Origin: Lytechinus pictus
Lineage: Eukaryota
DNA: 64,000 bases
Assembly: GCF_037042905.1 (NCBI RefSeq)
Contig: NC_087245.1
Coordinates: forward strand, 43,278,001 to 43,342,000
Direction of reading: 5' to 3'
The stretch's first letter is position 1; each line of letters begins with the position of its first letter. Shown piece by piece: positions 12,498 through 25,140 of the stretch. The translations under genes and the position numbers were made by a program. Below the pieces are notes generated by a model that was given only the letters and a program-made list of their open reading frames with translations, searched no databases and was not told where the DNA came from.

Positions 12498-13334
12498 TTG
12501 AACATGTTCAAAACCATCACCCCCACCCCATGTGCGCCACAAATTCGACACCCTACACATACTGCAGCTGCAGTGGATGAGGCAGAGAAGGGAAAGGGGC
12601 TTTTTGTCAATTTCAACATTGATGACCATCTCCAAGATATCAAAGAGGGAGAAAGAGGAAAGTTTGCAGATCTCCTAACTTCGGCTGCTAGAGCAGCCGT
12701 TGAGGCAGCCATTCCTGCAATCATCATGGCAGTGAAGGATGTCTGCCTCTCAGCAGTGAAGGAGGAGGTCAACCCCCACCTCCTTCGCCTACAGTACAAG
12801 CAGGATGAGCTGGCACAACAGCTGAGGCGGGACAATCTCCGCATCACAGGTGTGAAGGAGGAAGAGGAGACAGAAGAGGAGAGTGAGCAAGGTGCAAAAA
12901 AGGAGGAAAGTGAGGAGAAGCTTAAGAGCAAAGTTATTCAATGTGCAGCAAAAGCTGGAGTAACCATCAAGAAAGAGGACCTTTCTACCTGCCATCGCAT
13001 AGGGAGAAAATCAGAAGAGAAGGTGAGGCAGATTCTGGTTCGCCTTGTGTCAAGGAGAAAGAGAGATGCCATCCATGCTGGCCGTTTCAAACTGAAAGGG
13101 GATAGCAGCATGGATGGTGTATACATCAATGAGGATATTACCCCCATGAGATTTGCTGTCCTAAAGACAGCAAAAGCAAGTCCTCTTGTGAAGAGAGTGA
13201 GTACGCATAACGGGAACATTGTATGTAAGCTCACGGATGACAGTTACAAGACGATCGCTTCTCCGGACGATCTCTTCGATGTTGGCTTGGACACTATCAA
13301 CTACCAAAACTTCAAGCTACATTATATGGAGTAA
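12498..13334 (+). CDS. LINE ORF1 of second CR1/L2-group element
   Basis: RRDNLRITGVKE, DLSTCHRIGRK, RQILVRL and VYINEDIT motifs directly upstream of an APE-RT ORF. Confidence 0.85.
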   Translation: MNMFKTITPTPCAPQIRHPTHTAAAVDEAEKGKGLFVNFNIDDHLQDIKEGERGKFADLLTSAARAAVEAAIPAIIMAVKDVCLSAVKEEVNPHLLRLQYKQDELAQQLRRDNLRITGVKEEEETEEESEQGAKKEESEEKLKSKVIQCAAKAGVTIKKEDLSTCHRIGRKSEEKVRQILVRLVSRRKRDAIHAGRFKLKGDSSMDGVYINEDITPMRFAVLKTAKASPLVKRVSTHNGNIVCKLTDDSYKTIASPDDLFDVGLDTINYQNFKLHYME

Positions 13335-13386
13335 TAACTTGACTAGCCTGCATATTTCTGATAAATATGTCTGATAAATATGAATA

Positions 13387-16313
13387 ATGGATGATACAAA
13401 TATTTCTTACGAGTTATTACCATGTAATATTGACAAAGTCCTAAATTTTGAGACATCCCTATCTTTGAAATTAACCCACATAAATATACGCTCTTTAGTG
13501 AAAAATATTGATAACCTTAGACTGTTGTATGAAGATAGTATGAATACTAAATCAGAAGTCTGGAATGCGTCTAATACCTCTGTTTTAAATTTACAAGGGT
13601 ATACTCTTGAAGTAGATGGTCGCAAGGATGATTTGAGAGGAGGAGGAGTCGGAGCCTATATTAAATCAAATTTGAAATATACTCGCTTAAGTTATGACAT
13701 TGCCCATGCAGAATCTATGTGGTTACAACTCACAAGTTAATATTACTGATGAGCTAAAGATAATCATAGCCGTGATATATAGAAAACCAAATACAAATGT
13801 AAAAGAATTCCAAGATAGTCTGTTAGATATACTACAAACAATTAAGGTAGATAAACGTAAGTGTGTACTGTTAGGTGATTTTAATGTGAATATTTTAAGT
13901 ATAGAAGACATAGCTAAGACTTCACTTCTTCTCTACAATGTGTGGGTTTAGAACAATTAATAAAATCACCGACAAGAGTAACCAAGGACTCTTCAACTTT
14001 AATAGATCACATTTATTCAAATGTTGATACTGTTGAAACTCATTCAGGGGTCATACATACTGATATCTCTGACCATTTTCCAGTGTTTGTAGTATTCAAG
14101 AACATGGCCAAGTTATGTTCAAATCAAAAGAAAATTACCTATCGATGCTACAGAAAATTCAATATTGAACAGTTTAAAGAAGACCTTTCTGTCTTCAACT
14201 GGGAAGAGGTATTAAACTGCCATGATGTAAATATTGCATACTCTACGTTTTGCAAGTCTTTCTCATATATATGTAACAAACATGCACCTATGAAAACTAA
14301 ACAAATTGGAAAAAAGAAGGATATTAAAAAGAAGGTCTGGATAACTACAGGAATAATTAAATCAATACGTGTTAAACAGAAGTTATATGCAAAAGTCCTA
14401 AAGACAAACTACAATGAAGATATTGTGAAGAAATATAAAAAATATAGAAACTTGCTCACTACGATTTTAAAGAATGCAAAACGTACTTATTACACCAATT
14501 TACTATATGAAAACCGATGTAACACGAGTAAGACATGGGAAATCATTAATGAATTATTGGTTGGAAAGAAAAAAAATTCAAGGGTTGCTGAAGTAGACAG
14601 GCTTATCAAAAAGGTCAATGGAGACAATAACCTCATTACATCTATAAATGATATTGTCAATGAATTCAATAACTACTTTGTAAATATTGGTCCGAATCTA
14701 GCAGATACTTTGCCAAATGAAAATGTGTCACATAGACGTTACTTAGGGGCAAGAGTTAACAATTCTTTATTTTGGAAACCTGTGACTGAGGATGAGGTTT
14801 TTAATCATCTTGTAACTCTAGATGAAAAGAAAGCTTGTGGTCATGATAATTTACCAGCACGATTGTTAAGAGATAGTGCTGTTTACATTTCAGGTGTCCT
14901 GGCATATATCTTTAATTTATCTTTAGAATGTGGGAGGGTACCAGATGAAATGAAAATAGCAAAAGTTACGCCTATCCACAAAAAGGGACCAAAAGATGAA
15001 CCTGGAAACTATAGACCAATATCTGTTTAGCCAGTGCTCGGAAAGGTTTTCGAAAAAGTAGCAAACGGGCGATTAGTACAGTTTTTAGAAACAAACAATG
15101 CTTTTTACCACCACCAGTATGGTTTTCGTAAGAAGTACAGTACTAAGTTGTCATTAATAAATTTGTCCAACACTCTCTTAAAAGCAATTGATGAGAGTAA
15201 AGCTACACTTGGGATATTCATTGACTTCAAAAAAGCATTTGATACGATCAATCATAATGTCTTAATCAACAAACTCTCTCACTATGGAATACGCGGTCTC
15301 CCGCTTAAATGGTTCGAAGACTATCTTAGAGGAAGATATCAGTTTGTTCAATATGAAGAGACAGTCTCTAAGAAAATGGAAATCACATGCGGTGTTCCTC
15401 AAGGTTCGGTTCTAGGACCAACATTATTTTTACTGTATATAAACGATCTACCATCTGTTTCTAATTATTTCAATTTCAGATTATTTGCAGACGATTCTAA
15501 TCTATTTCATACCTTCCCAGCTGGACAAGATGAAATTGATGTAAATGAAGTCAATATTAACATAAATAAAATACAAGAATGGTGTGTTGCAAACAAGCTT
15601 ACTATCAACTCTATGAAAACGAAATTCATGTTGATTGGTAGCAGAAGGAAAAATATTAGACTAGCTGGTAAATTGGAAATAGCCGAGAGGAGATTGAAGA
15701 GGTTAATGAAGCAACTTTTGTAGGTATAACAATAGATAAACATCTAAATTGGAAGAACCATATTAGAATAGTTAATTCATGTATACGTAAAAGAGTAGGA
15801 ATTATATTTCGGTTGCGACATTTTGTACCAAAATATACATTAGTATTATTATACAAGGCATTCATAGAGCCACACATAACTTATGGAATCGAGGTGTGGG
15901 GGAGTACTTACAAGAGTAGCTTAAATTGTATATTTTACACCCAAAAAATGGCAGTACGTGCCATCACATTCAGTGAGTGGCGAGCTCATACACGTGTATT
16001 ATTTCAGAATTTAAAGATTCTAAATGTATTTGAAATGCACAATTTATCTATATGTACCTTCATGTATGACCTGGGTAATACTAACTTACCTCACTCTTTA
16101 GTAGATTATTGCGATGTAATAGAGCATAGATACCCAACAAGACAAAAAGAAGGTCGACAAGTACATTTACCAAAATTACGGACTACTCAAGGACAATTCT
16201 CTCTATCTTTCTTAGGAAGTGATTACTGGAATAATGTACCATTAGCCATCAAACTAAAAGTATCCAGAAACGATTTCAGGAATTCATTACAAAATCATTT
16301 ATTAAATCAATAA
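13387..16313 (+). pseudogene. Disrupted LINE ORF2 (APE-RT)
   Basis: Collinear pieces HINIRSL, LLGDFN, IDHIY, SDHFP, NYRPISV*, FIDFKKAFD, GVPQGSVLGP, FADD spread over several frames; frameshifts near 13740, 13920 and 15680; TAG at 15028-15030. Confidence 0.92.
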
Positions 16314-18407
16314 CTTATCATATTGCTCTGTATATAACATAAAATGTTACACTCATAATTTTATTTTGTTTTTTTGTAGTTGTTGTTTTTGTTGTGTTTT
16401 AAAAAAAAACATACTTTAAAGTTCAATATTCGCCTATATTACTAATATGTGTAGGGGCCAGGCTCGACTAGCACTTGTGCTATTTTCTGGTCCCTTTTAT
16501 CAGCTCTTAACATATACATGTATGTTTCATTTCTGTAATATTTATATGCATGACATAATGATGTAATATGTAAACATCTGTAAATATGTTGTTATCGTTG
16601 GTGAATAAAAATCAAATCAAATCAAATCAAAATCAAATCAAATACTATAACAGCCCCCCTTCAGCTCACCAAACGCAACATCAATTATGTTATTCATATC
16701 TGGTTCCAACATACACTGGATTGGCTATGGAGTGGTTGCCTCGCGCGCGCCTCGAATATAGTTCACGACCTCGTTTCCGTTTCCGTTCTGGCGGCAATTT
16801 GCAATTAATTGATGCGCTTGCACAATTATTAGCGCACATGGCTTCCAATTCAACATGGCGAAGGCAAATACGGGTACAGCTAGTAGTACTAATCCTTCTA
16901 AGTATGCATTATTTGAATTTGATGATTTGTCGGTTGAAGTAGGGGAGGTAAAATGGATCAAGGATGAGAGATTGCAGGCATCGAACTTTGACAATGAATT
17001 GCTGCAGGAGATCGTTAAGAAAGCTGAGGTGACTGTGGAATGGCCGTTGTCGAGGCCGAGGGGAAGGAAGGGGAATGCAGATGCCCCTTCCACGCATCTG
17101 GCTGTTGTGTTGGCGATAAACGGTATGTAACATAACCTAGACGAGCCACACATAACTTATGGAATCGAGGTGTGGGGGAGTACTTACAAGAGTAGCTTAA
17201 ATTGTATATTTTACACCCAAAAAATGGCAGTACGTGCCATCACATTCAGTGAGTAGCGAGCTCATACACGTGTATTATTTCAGAATTTAAAGATTCTAAA
17301 TGTATTTGAAATGCACAATTTATCTATATGTACCTTCATGTATGACCTGGGTAATACTAACTTACCTCACTCTTTAGTAGATTATTGCGATGTAATAGAG
17401 CATAGATACCCAACAAGACAAAAAGAAGGTCGACAAGTACATTTACCAAAATTACGGACTACTCAAGGACAATTCTCTCTATCTTTCTTAGGAAGTGATT
17501 ACTGGAATAATGTACCATTAGCCATCAAACTAAAAGTATCCAGAAACGATTTCAGGAATTCATTACAAAATCATTTATTAAATCAATAACTTATCATATT
17601 GCTCTGTATATAACATAAAATGTTACACTCATAATTTTATTTTGTTTTTTTGTAGTTGTTGTTTTTGTTGTGTTTTAAAAAAAAACATACTTTAAAGTTC
17701 AATATTCGCCTATATTACTAATATGTGTAGGGGCCAGGCTCGACTAGCACTTGTGCTATTTTCTGGTCCCTTTTATCAGCTCTTAACATATACATGTATG
17801 TTTCATTTCTGTAATATTTATATGCATGACATAATGATGTAATATGTAAACATCTGTAAATATGTTGTTATCGTTGGTGAATAAAAATCAAATCAAATCA
17901 AATCAAATACTATAACAGCCCCCTTTCAGCTCACCAAACGCAACATCAATTATGTTATTCATATCTGGTTCCAACATACACTGGATTGGCTATGGAGTGG
18001 TTGCCTCGCGCGCGCCTCGAATATAGTTCACGACCTCGTTTCCGTTTCCGTTCTGGCGGCAATTTGCAATTAATTGATGCGCTTGCACAATTATTAGCGC
18101 ACATGGCTTCCAATTCAACATGGCGAAGGCAAATACGGGTACAGCTAGTAGTACTAATCCTTCTAAGTATGCATTATTTGAATTTGATGATTTGTCGGTT
18201 GAAGTAGGGGAGGTAAAATGGATCAAGGATGAGAGATTGCAGGCATCGAACTTTGACAATGAATTGCTGCAGGAGATCGTTAAGAAAGCTGAGGTGACTG
18301 TGGAATGGCCGTTGTCGAGGCCGAGGGGAAGGAAGGGGAATGCAGATGCCCCTTCCACGCATCTGGCTGTTGTGTTGGCGATAAACGGTATGTAACATAA
18401 CCTAGAC
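15867..18407 (+). repeat. Tandem duplication of ~1.27 kb (15867-17142 and 17143-18407)
   Basis: The copies are near-identical; GA microhomology at the junction; they differ in (AAATC)n length, a TGG>TAG change and one C>T. Confidence 0.95.
16855..17122 (+). CDS. Putative first coding exon of a transposon-associated gene (duplicated at 18120-18387)
   Basis: CpG-rich upstream region, AACATGGCG start context, KYALFEFDDLSVEVGEVKWI motif, G|GTATGT donor. Confidence 0.5.
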
Positions 18408-19150
18408 GACAGAGCGATTGACCAACAACTAACAACAAAATTGGTCTGACTGATGATGATTTCAAGCAGTTATAGTGAATGAACTTTAACTTTTTAGCGA
18501 ACTAATTTTAGCAAAATTTTCACCCAGATTTATTGCCAAATACCTAGGCAAATGCCCCCCCCCCCCCTGTTTTGACGCCACTGGTAGCACGGCGATACCG
18601 GTCTATGCACTTGGAATTCGAGGTCAGTATAGCATGCAGACCTCCAATAAATGCGAGTGGGCCTGACCTAACAAGGAGCAGTTTAAGTTAGACTGAAAGC
18701 TTTAGGCCTAGGCTAGTCTCTGTAGGCCTACTCTGTATCGTGGGCGGTGCTCCACTGAGACTACGTCTCTGGTACTCTGCTACACTGGTCACCGAGTCCA
18801 ACAAGTACGTAGACCTAGACCCTTTATACATATATATATTAGCAGACAGTAGACCCCTATAGGGTTAAAGGAAAAGGTCAGCATTGTAAAAAGATGACCC
18901 TAGAGTCTACTTGGTCTTCGACCAGACGGATGCCCCTGTCTAGGCCTGGCCTTGGGTCATCGGGTGGAAATTTCGCCTCTGTTCGAATCTCGGTCGGGTT
19001 TAAACTTGATTGGTGATTGTAAGGCTATAGGTTGGCTAAAGTGCCCAATATACCAAGGCATGTGTACATATCAGTGCTCAACCTGTCTCTTGTAAAATCC
19101 CTGCATGGTCTCAAGTGCAATCAAGGATTTTATTCTGCTTTTTTCCATAG

Positions 19151-19498
19151 GAGGCGTTCTATGATGAACGGACCAACACATGCTTCTTAGTCTCAAGAAT
19201 CAAGAATGTGAACCGCACGCAGAATCGCCCTCGATCCACAAGCAAAGGCAAGCAGGTCCTATCACCTGCAGGACCAAAACACCGACGTGAGCTCAAATCG
19301 GAAGAGGAATCTCCCATGGAGCAGCAAGAGGGCGATATGAACTGGCTGAAACAAAGTCCAAAAGGGTCAGATACTAGGTCTGTCATCATGAGAAAGATGA
19401 AGAATACACTCAAGCTCCGTCAACAAATGGTGCATGATGGAAATGAGGCTGGGAGCATCATTCAGGAATTTCATCCCTTCCTAACTACTCCTGGACTG
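19151..19498 (+). pseudogene. Internal exon of SAM/SAMD3-like transposon accessory gene
   Basis: TTTCCATAG acceptor, GTAAGT donor, 348 bp open: EAFYDERTNTCFLVSRIKNV...IMRKMKNTLKLRQQMVHD...IIQEFHPFLTTPGL. Confidence 0.65.
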
Positions 19499-20250
19499 GT
19501 AAGTTGAAAAAAAAAGTATTGCAGAATAAAACAAACAGAGGGCAGTGGTCGTGTCTCATTGAGGCCTACACATATTCACTTCCCAAATATAGTAGACTTG
19601 TTAACTGCAAAAAAAGGGGTGAACGCTGCATTTTTTAGTAGAAATGTCCCACTTGGCACAAATGTTCCTTGACTCAAAAGAAATAGATTCATCCAAAGAG
19701 ACACGCTGTATCTATGCAAATAAGCAAGTAATTTGCATAAATTTGCATATTATGTCGATATAGCAAAAACAAGTATTTAAGAATAAATTTTTAACCAGAA
19801 CTGCCCTAAAATTGGAAATAAAGACTTAGGGTAAGAAAGGGAAGAAAATTGTCATAAAATGATTAGGATATCCTTGTTTATTATTACCTAATTTACATAA
19901 TTATGCAAATTATAATTCAAAACAGAGTATTTTTTCATGAATCCTGAACTGTTTTATAAATAACAGCAATTAATACACAATGTCAACATTCTACATGAAA
20001 GAGAATATATTAGCGAAAACATCGATATGCTTCATGACAGTATTAGTGTCTTAATTTGTAAATCGGATAAAAAATCAGATCGAAAATCGGATCGGCAGTT
20101 AAGCTTCTAAAATCAAAATCGAATCGGCGATGTTTAAAAACAAAAGAATAGATCAAAAATTTGTTCACGGTCGCGCGCATCTTCCTAACAAAGTCACAAA
20201 GACGAATGCATTGGAATGGAAGTCGCCAACATGCGCGATCGTTTCTCAGT

Positions 20251-20457
20251 CAAAAGAGGTTTCAATTGTACCATGGTACAAAACCATGGTTTATGCAGAT
20301 TAGACTAGGGTCTACGCTTATTTCATCGCATACACAAAGTTAAATCCAATTAAATGCGCGCTTTCGACAAAGTGCGTTAATGAAATAATCTAAAGCTGCA
20401 TAAACCATAGTTTTGTAGACATGGTACAATTGAAACCTCTTTTGAGAATACGGGCCT
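20251..20457. mobile_element. Short inverted-repeat MITE remnant (Harbinger-like end)
   Basis: AAAAGAGGTTTCAATTGTACCATG...TTATGCAG mirrored at 20396-20444; ends GAATACGGGCC. Confidence 0.55.
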
Positions 20458-21190
20458 AGACTATAGATCTTCTAGTTCTAGTTCTAAAGTTAGGCCTGCT
20501 TGATATTGTGATAGGCCTAAGCCAAGGCAATCTAGGCCCTCTCTTGATATTGAAATTGTTTGTAAATCTAGAGTTCTATCGCGTGTGTTAGGCCTAGAAT
20601 AGATCTAGATATAACTGTTAGATCTAGAGCTAGATCTAGGCCTAGATCTACCCTAATTTGAACGCGTAAGTCGCATTGGCATGAATGCTATTTTATGTGC
20701 GTAGCTTTAGATCCAACGTTAGATCTAGATCTAACGTTAGATCTAGATCTATTCTAATCTAGATCTAGATCTACGTTAGAATCTAGATCTAATCTAGGTC
20801 TAGATCTAGAGATCTATTCTAGATCTTGATAGATCTAGATCTAGTCTAGTTCTACTTCTAGATCTAGATTTAGATCTAGATCTGACGTTGGGGTCTACTC
20901 TAACGTTCAAGACTGTAGATCTAGAATCTACTCCAGATGATCTAGACCTCTATAGAGTCTAGATCTAGATTAAACTTAGGGCTTAGGCCAGTCCTATAAA
21001 TTAATCTAGATCTAGATTTAGATCTAGACTTCTACATGTAGTCTAGATCTAGATCTAGAACTAACGTTAGTATCAAACAGTAGATCTAATGTTAGATCTA
21101 ACAGTTAGATCTAGATCTAGGTCTAGATTAGATCTAGAATTGTGTGATTGTAAAGTCTAGCGTAGAAACCTAACGTTAGAGTCTGGTCTA
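20455..21190. repeat. CTAG/TCTAGA/AGATCT palindromic low-complexity tract
   Basis: Dense irregular (AGATCT)n, AGGCCT and TAACGTTA palindromes. Confidence 0.9.
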
Positions 21191-21634
21191 ACGTTTTTTA
21201 TGAATCCGTTGGAGTTCGACCCGGTGCGAAACTGCATGCTATAGCAGGCTGCCGTCTACGGTCCAACTCCATTAACTCTATGTGCGCTGGACCATGAACC
21301 CATCTGTACTGAATTATGCATTGCATTGTTTGTTGAGTGTGAAATGCGAAGTTCGCACGGCACCGAGTGTGCATTGGTGCGAAGTACGCGTGGAAAGGGT
21401 TAAGTTAGATCTAACTTAGAATCTAGCCCCTAGCAGCAATTAGATCTAAAATCCATTAGATGTAGACATGGGCGTCAATCTGAATTTGAGCGTGGGGGGA
21501 CCAAAGAAGATGGAAAATTTGACAAGCAAAAAAAGAACAAAAAACGTAAGCTCATTTACTAAAAATGCACATATTCCTCCCCCCAATGGTCACACTTCTT
21601 TTGTGACCAAAAATAAAATCTAAGCTGAAAACGA

Positions 21635-21878
21635 TCATGCTGAAGATTGCCAACACAGATAGGCACACGTGGGACAATGTATTTTTATTGCTGGGATTAA
21701 GACCAGACGGAAGTGCCAGAATCTGCGCTTATTTTGCTTATTTCTCAGCAATTGCAAAGTTTCTTCCAGAATCCTTTGGCACATATTTTTATACAAACAG
21801 ACATTTGGGTGGTCATTACGTTGGATTCTGTAAAAAGTCATTTTGAGATTGTTACCACAACTGGCATTTATTTTTAAT
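21635..21878. mobile_element. One end of a TTAA-flanked (Kolobok-like) non-autonomous element; a reverse-complement end of the same family lies at 32017-32115
   Basis: ...CACAACTGGCATTTATTTTTAA is the reverse complement of TTAAAGATAAATGCCAGTTGTG... over about 95 bp. Confidence 0.6.
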
Positions 21879-22393
21879 AAATGCAAATTTAGGCAAAACT
21901 GTTCAAAATCAAAGAAAACTTGCTTCTAGCTACTTGTCTATTTCTGTATTTTAATTCTGATTGTTTTATGATATATGGCATGGAGGGGCTTTAAAACCTC
22001 TACACAGAATTTTGAAATTCATTAATTTTGCAGATTTATTCAAAATGTCAAAAAATGCTACTTAATTCTTTGTTCTGTATTATTCTATTCTGTTCTTCTG
22101 TATCAGAAATTACAAAAACTAACGTCATTCCAAAGATATATTCTTTTGGCAGGGACATATATTACGCATCGCGTACACTACCAGTCACATATATTTAACA
22201 CCTGTTTACCTGTTTCAACCAGAGAACAATAGATAATATATTGTTCTCTGGTTGAAACAGGTAAACAGGTGTTAAAGATGTGTGAATGCCTGACTGGTAC
22301 TGCAATTTGCACTTTCACTTGGTTTAATTGATTTCTCTGGGTTTTGTTAAATGCATGATGACTTAGAAACTCTTTTTTTTCCTTCAATTTCAG

Positions 22394-22515
22394 AAAATGA
22401 AATCGACGAGGAAGCACTGGGGCTACTGGCAGAGGATGACTCAATGCTGAAGAAACTCATTCCTATCCCTGGGCGCCGTTTAAAGCTAAAACGTTGTTTG
22501 AACACACTCTTTCAG
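22394..22515 (+). pseudogene. SAM-domain exon
   Basis: Polypyrimidine-CAG acceptor, CAG|GT donor; ENEIDEEALGLLAEDDSMLKKLIPIPGRRLKLKR fits the SAM pattern (EID..AL..L....L..L....G.R.K). Confidence 0.7.
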
Positions 22516-22559
22516 GTGTTTAAATCAATAGTATTCAATAACTAAAATGTAGTTGAAAC

Positions 22560-23298
22560 ATGGGTTACATATGCCCCAAATGTGGACGTGTAGTATATAA
22601 AAATACGGCAAAATTACTTTGGCATCTCAGGAATTTTCATAATTGTATAGAGGGACATAACTTCACAGAAAATATAGTATGTGGCCAGGACGGATGTGAG
22701 GTAACATTTGATAAATATATCTCAACTTACACACGTCACCTAAGAAGAAAACATGGTTATGTACAGGCAAATGGCATAGTCAGATTGGACCCAGACGACA
22801 GATATGTTGGAAATGGTGGCAATGAAGTTCCTGTTGAGGAGGAAGTTGAAAATAATGAGGATATAAGGCATGACGACAATATTCAAAATTGGGATGAGTA
22901 TGGAGAAGACGAAATTGAAGAAACGGCTGCCTCTATTGTTGCTGATTTACTTTCATCCAGTAGTGTTGTCCAGTCAACTGTGATCAGTGTGGTAGACGGA
23001 GCAGGGAGTCTGACATCTGATATTGTGTCTTACCTCAAGAGGAAAACAGTCGATTTCATAAGAACAAAAGGCATATAGAGGATGATCCAGATTTTGTGAG
23101 ATTGATCCAAAGCTTTGACAGTGATTTAATTCAGAACCCATTCAAAAACCTTGCAACATCATACAAGCAGAAAGTAACGAATACTTTATTAAGCCATGTG
23201 AAGTTCCAGTGGGAATTGGTTACTATCCGAGGAACAACACACAAACAGAAAATGTCATACAGAGAGCTCGACAAATTACATTTCAGTATGTTCCTTTG
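22560..23298 (+). pseudogene. N-terminus of EnSpm/Mirage-like (CMC) transposase, truncated
   Basis: Two C2H2 fingers (CPKC...HLRNFH; CGQDGC...HLRRKH), then after frameshifts NPFKNLATSYKQK and YFIKPCEVPVG...TFQYVPL; cut by an insertion at ~23300. Confidence 0.65.
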
Positions 23299-23299
23299 C

Positions 23300-24058
23300 A
23301 TTGCATTTGCATTTTGTTCGTAAAATCATGTTTTTGAGCAATTTTGGCGTTGCATGCCTGTACGAAAGTCGCATAGTGTGGTAAAATGGTCTTAAATGAT
23401 GCACAAGATTCAAAGCCAGCAAACGGCGCAGTCCAAAATTTTTTCACAGAATCATGATACTAAAATTAATTCCTTCTGTACTTTATTTACTAGTATTTCT
23501 TTGTTTTTACGACGTTTTGTTTTTCATTGTTTTTTTCGATTAAATTAGTCGGTGACACTTATGTAATCACTATAGCATAAAATCAAGTAATTTTAATCAA
23601 GTAATTTTAATCGGTAAAAGAAAAAGTTAAATACATTTATGATTTTGGGCTGAAAACACAATTTGTATTGAAATTGTATACAAAATAAAATTTTGTCGGT
23701 CGGTGACACTTATGTAATCACAAATAGCATAAAATTCAGTAATTTTAATCGGTAAAAGAAAAAGTTAAATACATTTATGATTTTGGGCTGAAAACACAAT
23801 TTGTATTGAAATTGTATACAAAATAACGTTTTTGAGCAATTTTTGGTGCAACATACATGTACAACATTATGCGTATCTTCAGCACGGCGTATACCATGGC
23901 GTCGCAAATTTGGTCTTAAAAGATGTGGGAGACTCGGAGGAAAAAAGATATGAGACATTGCGGCGAAAGCTTTAAGTGTTGCGGACATATCGCGCGAAAC
24001 GTCGAGGGGGGGGGGGCCTCCCAGGCACACCTCCCATCCCCGGCAGAGATAGGGTTAA
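23300..24058. mobile_element. piggyBac-like non-autonomous element fragment
   Basis: Ends GATAGGG|TTAA; contains an internal ~160-bp tandem duplication (23548-23826). Similar AGGG|TTAA or TTAA|CCCT ends occur at 21403, 37023 and 50276. Confidence 0.5.
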
Positions 24059-24152
24059 GTTCTATCTTGTCCTGTTTGTATTTTCTCTATTCCTCATACT
24101 CCTTGTTTTTGACATATTTTTTTCAGAATACCTTTCTATTTACATACTACAG

Positions 24153-24470
24153 TCCTATTTCAATTGCTGCTTGTCACAAAGAATTTGTCACTTGCGATGG
24201 AACATAAAACGCAATTGTACAGAGACTCGGACTGCTCCTAAAAAGGTCTCCAAGAGCAAGAATAGCATGCTATTCCCAAGAGGTGGAACCAGCTGAAAAT
24301 GTGTTGCATGTAGATATGATGAAGAAGGAGATGGAGAAGGGCACGCCTAACAAGCAGCACCTATCCCTGCTTCTAAAAGAGAGCTTTTCCAGCAGAAGAA
24401 GATGGATGTCATCAATCAAGAGTGGCGACATCAAGACAATCCTTGCTGAATACCCTTGTTTGGAGAATTT
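24153..24470 (+). pseudogene. Decayed exon of a SAMD3-like accessory gene
   Basis: CTACAG acceptor and GTAAGT donor; SYFNCCLSQRICHLRWNIKR, frameshift, then HLSLLLKESFSSRRRWMSS...KTILAEYPCL. Confidence 0.55.
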
Positions 24471-24551
24471 GTAAGTGCTAAGATGTTGACCACTGCATTG
24501 GTGCACTGTTCAATATGACAAAAACAGTTGTGTAGATTTGGTATTCCTTAA

Positions 24552-25140
24552 AGGTCAAGTCCACCTCAGAAAAATGTTGATTTGAATCAATAGAGAAAAA
24601 TCAGAGAAGCATAATGCTGAAAATTTCATCAAAATCGGATGAAAACTAAGAAAGTTATGACATTTATAGTTTCGCTTATTTTTCACAAAATAGTTAAATG
24701 CACAATTTAGTCACATGCAAATTAGAGAATCGATGATGTCCCTCACTCACTATTTCTTTTGTTTTTTATTGATTGAATTATACAATTCAATTTTTACAGA
24801 TTTGACAATAAGGACCAACTTGACTGGACCATAAAATGTTTAACAATAGTAGTTCCACATGTTCAGGGCAAAATAAAACTATGTTTCACGGGACAAGGAG
24901 GAGAAAATTAGAATATTTCATATTTCATATAATAAAATACAAAAGTGAGTGATGTCATCAGTTCCCTCATTTGCATACTGACCAGGATGTGCATATATCT
25001 ATTTTGTAAAATTAAGCGATAATTGAAAATGTCATAACTTTCTTATTTTCCATCCGATTTTGATGAAATTTTCAGTGTTGTGTTTGTTGGATTTTTCTCC
25101 TTTTCTTCAAATCAACTTTTTGTTGGGATGGACTGTCCTT
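24552..25140. mobile_element. TTAA-flanked Kolobok-like MITE
   Basis: TTAA|AGGTCAAGTCCACC...GGATGGACTGTCCT; homologous to 49439-50040 and to 59738-60230 (inverted, partial). Confidence 0.75.

Larger units (their letters stand above)
12300..16642 (+). mobile_element. Near full-length CR1/L2-group LINE (5' end approximate)
   Basis: ORF1, broken ORF2, 3' UTR stem-loop ~16454-16494, AATAAA plus (AAATC)n tail 16604-16642. Confidence 0.88.

Noticed and set aside
12369..13234. Minus-strand ORFs over LINE ORF1 (likewise plus-strand ORFs at 7441-8298)
   Set aside because: Antisense shadows of real coding frames
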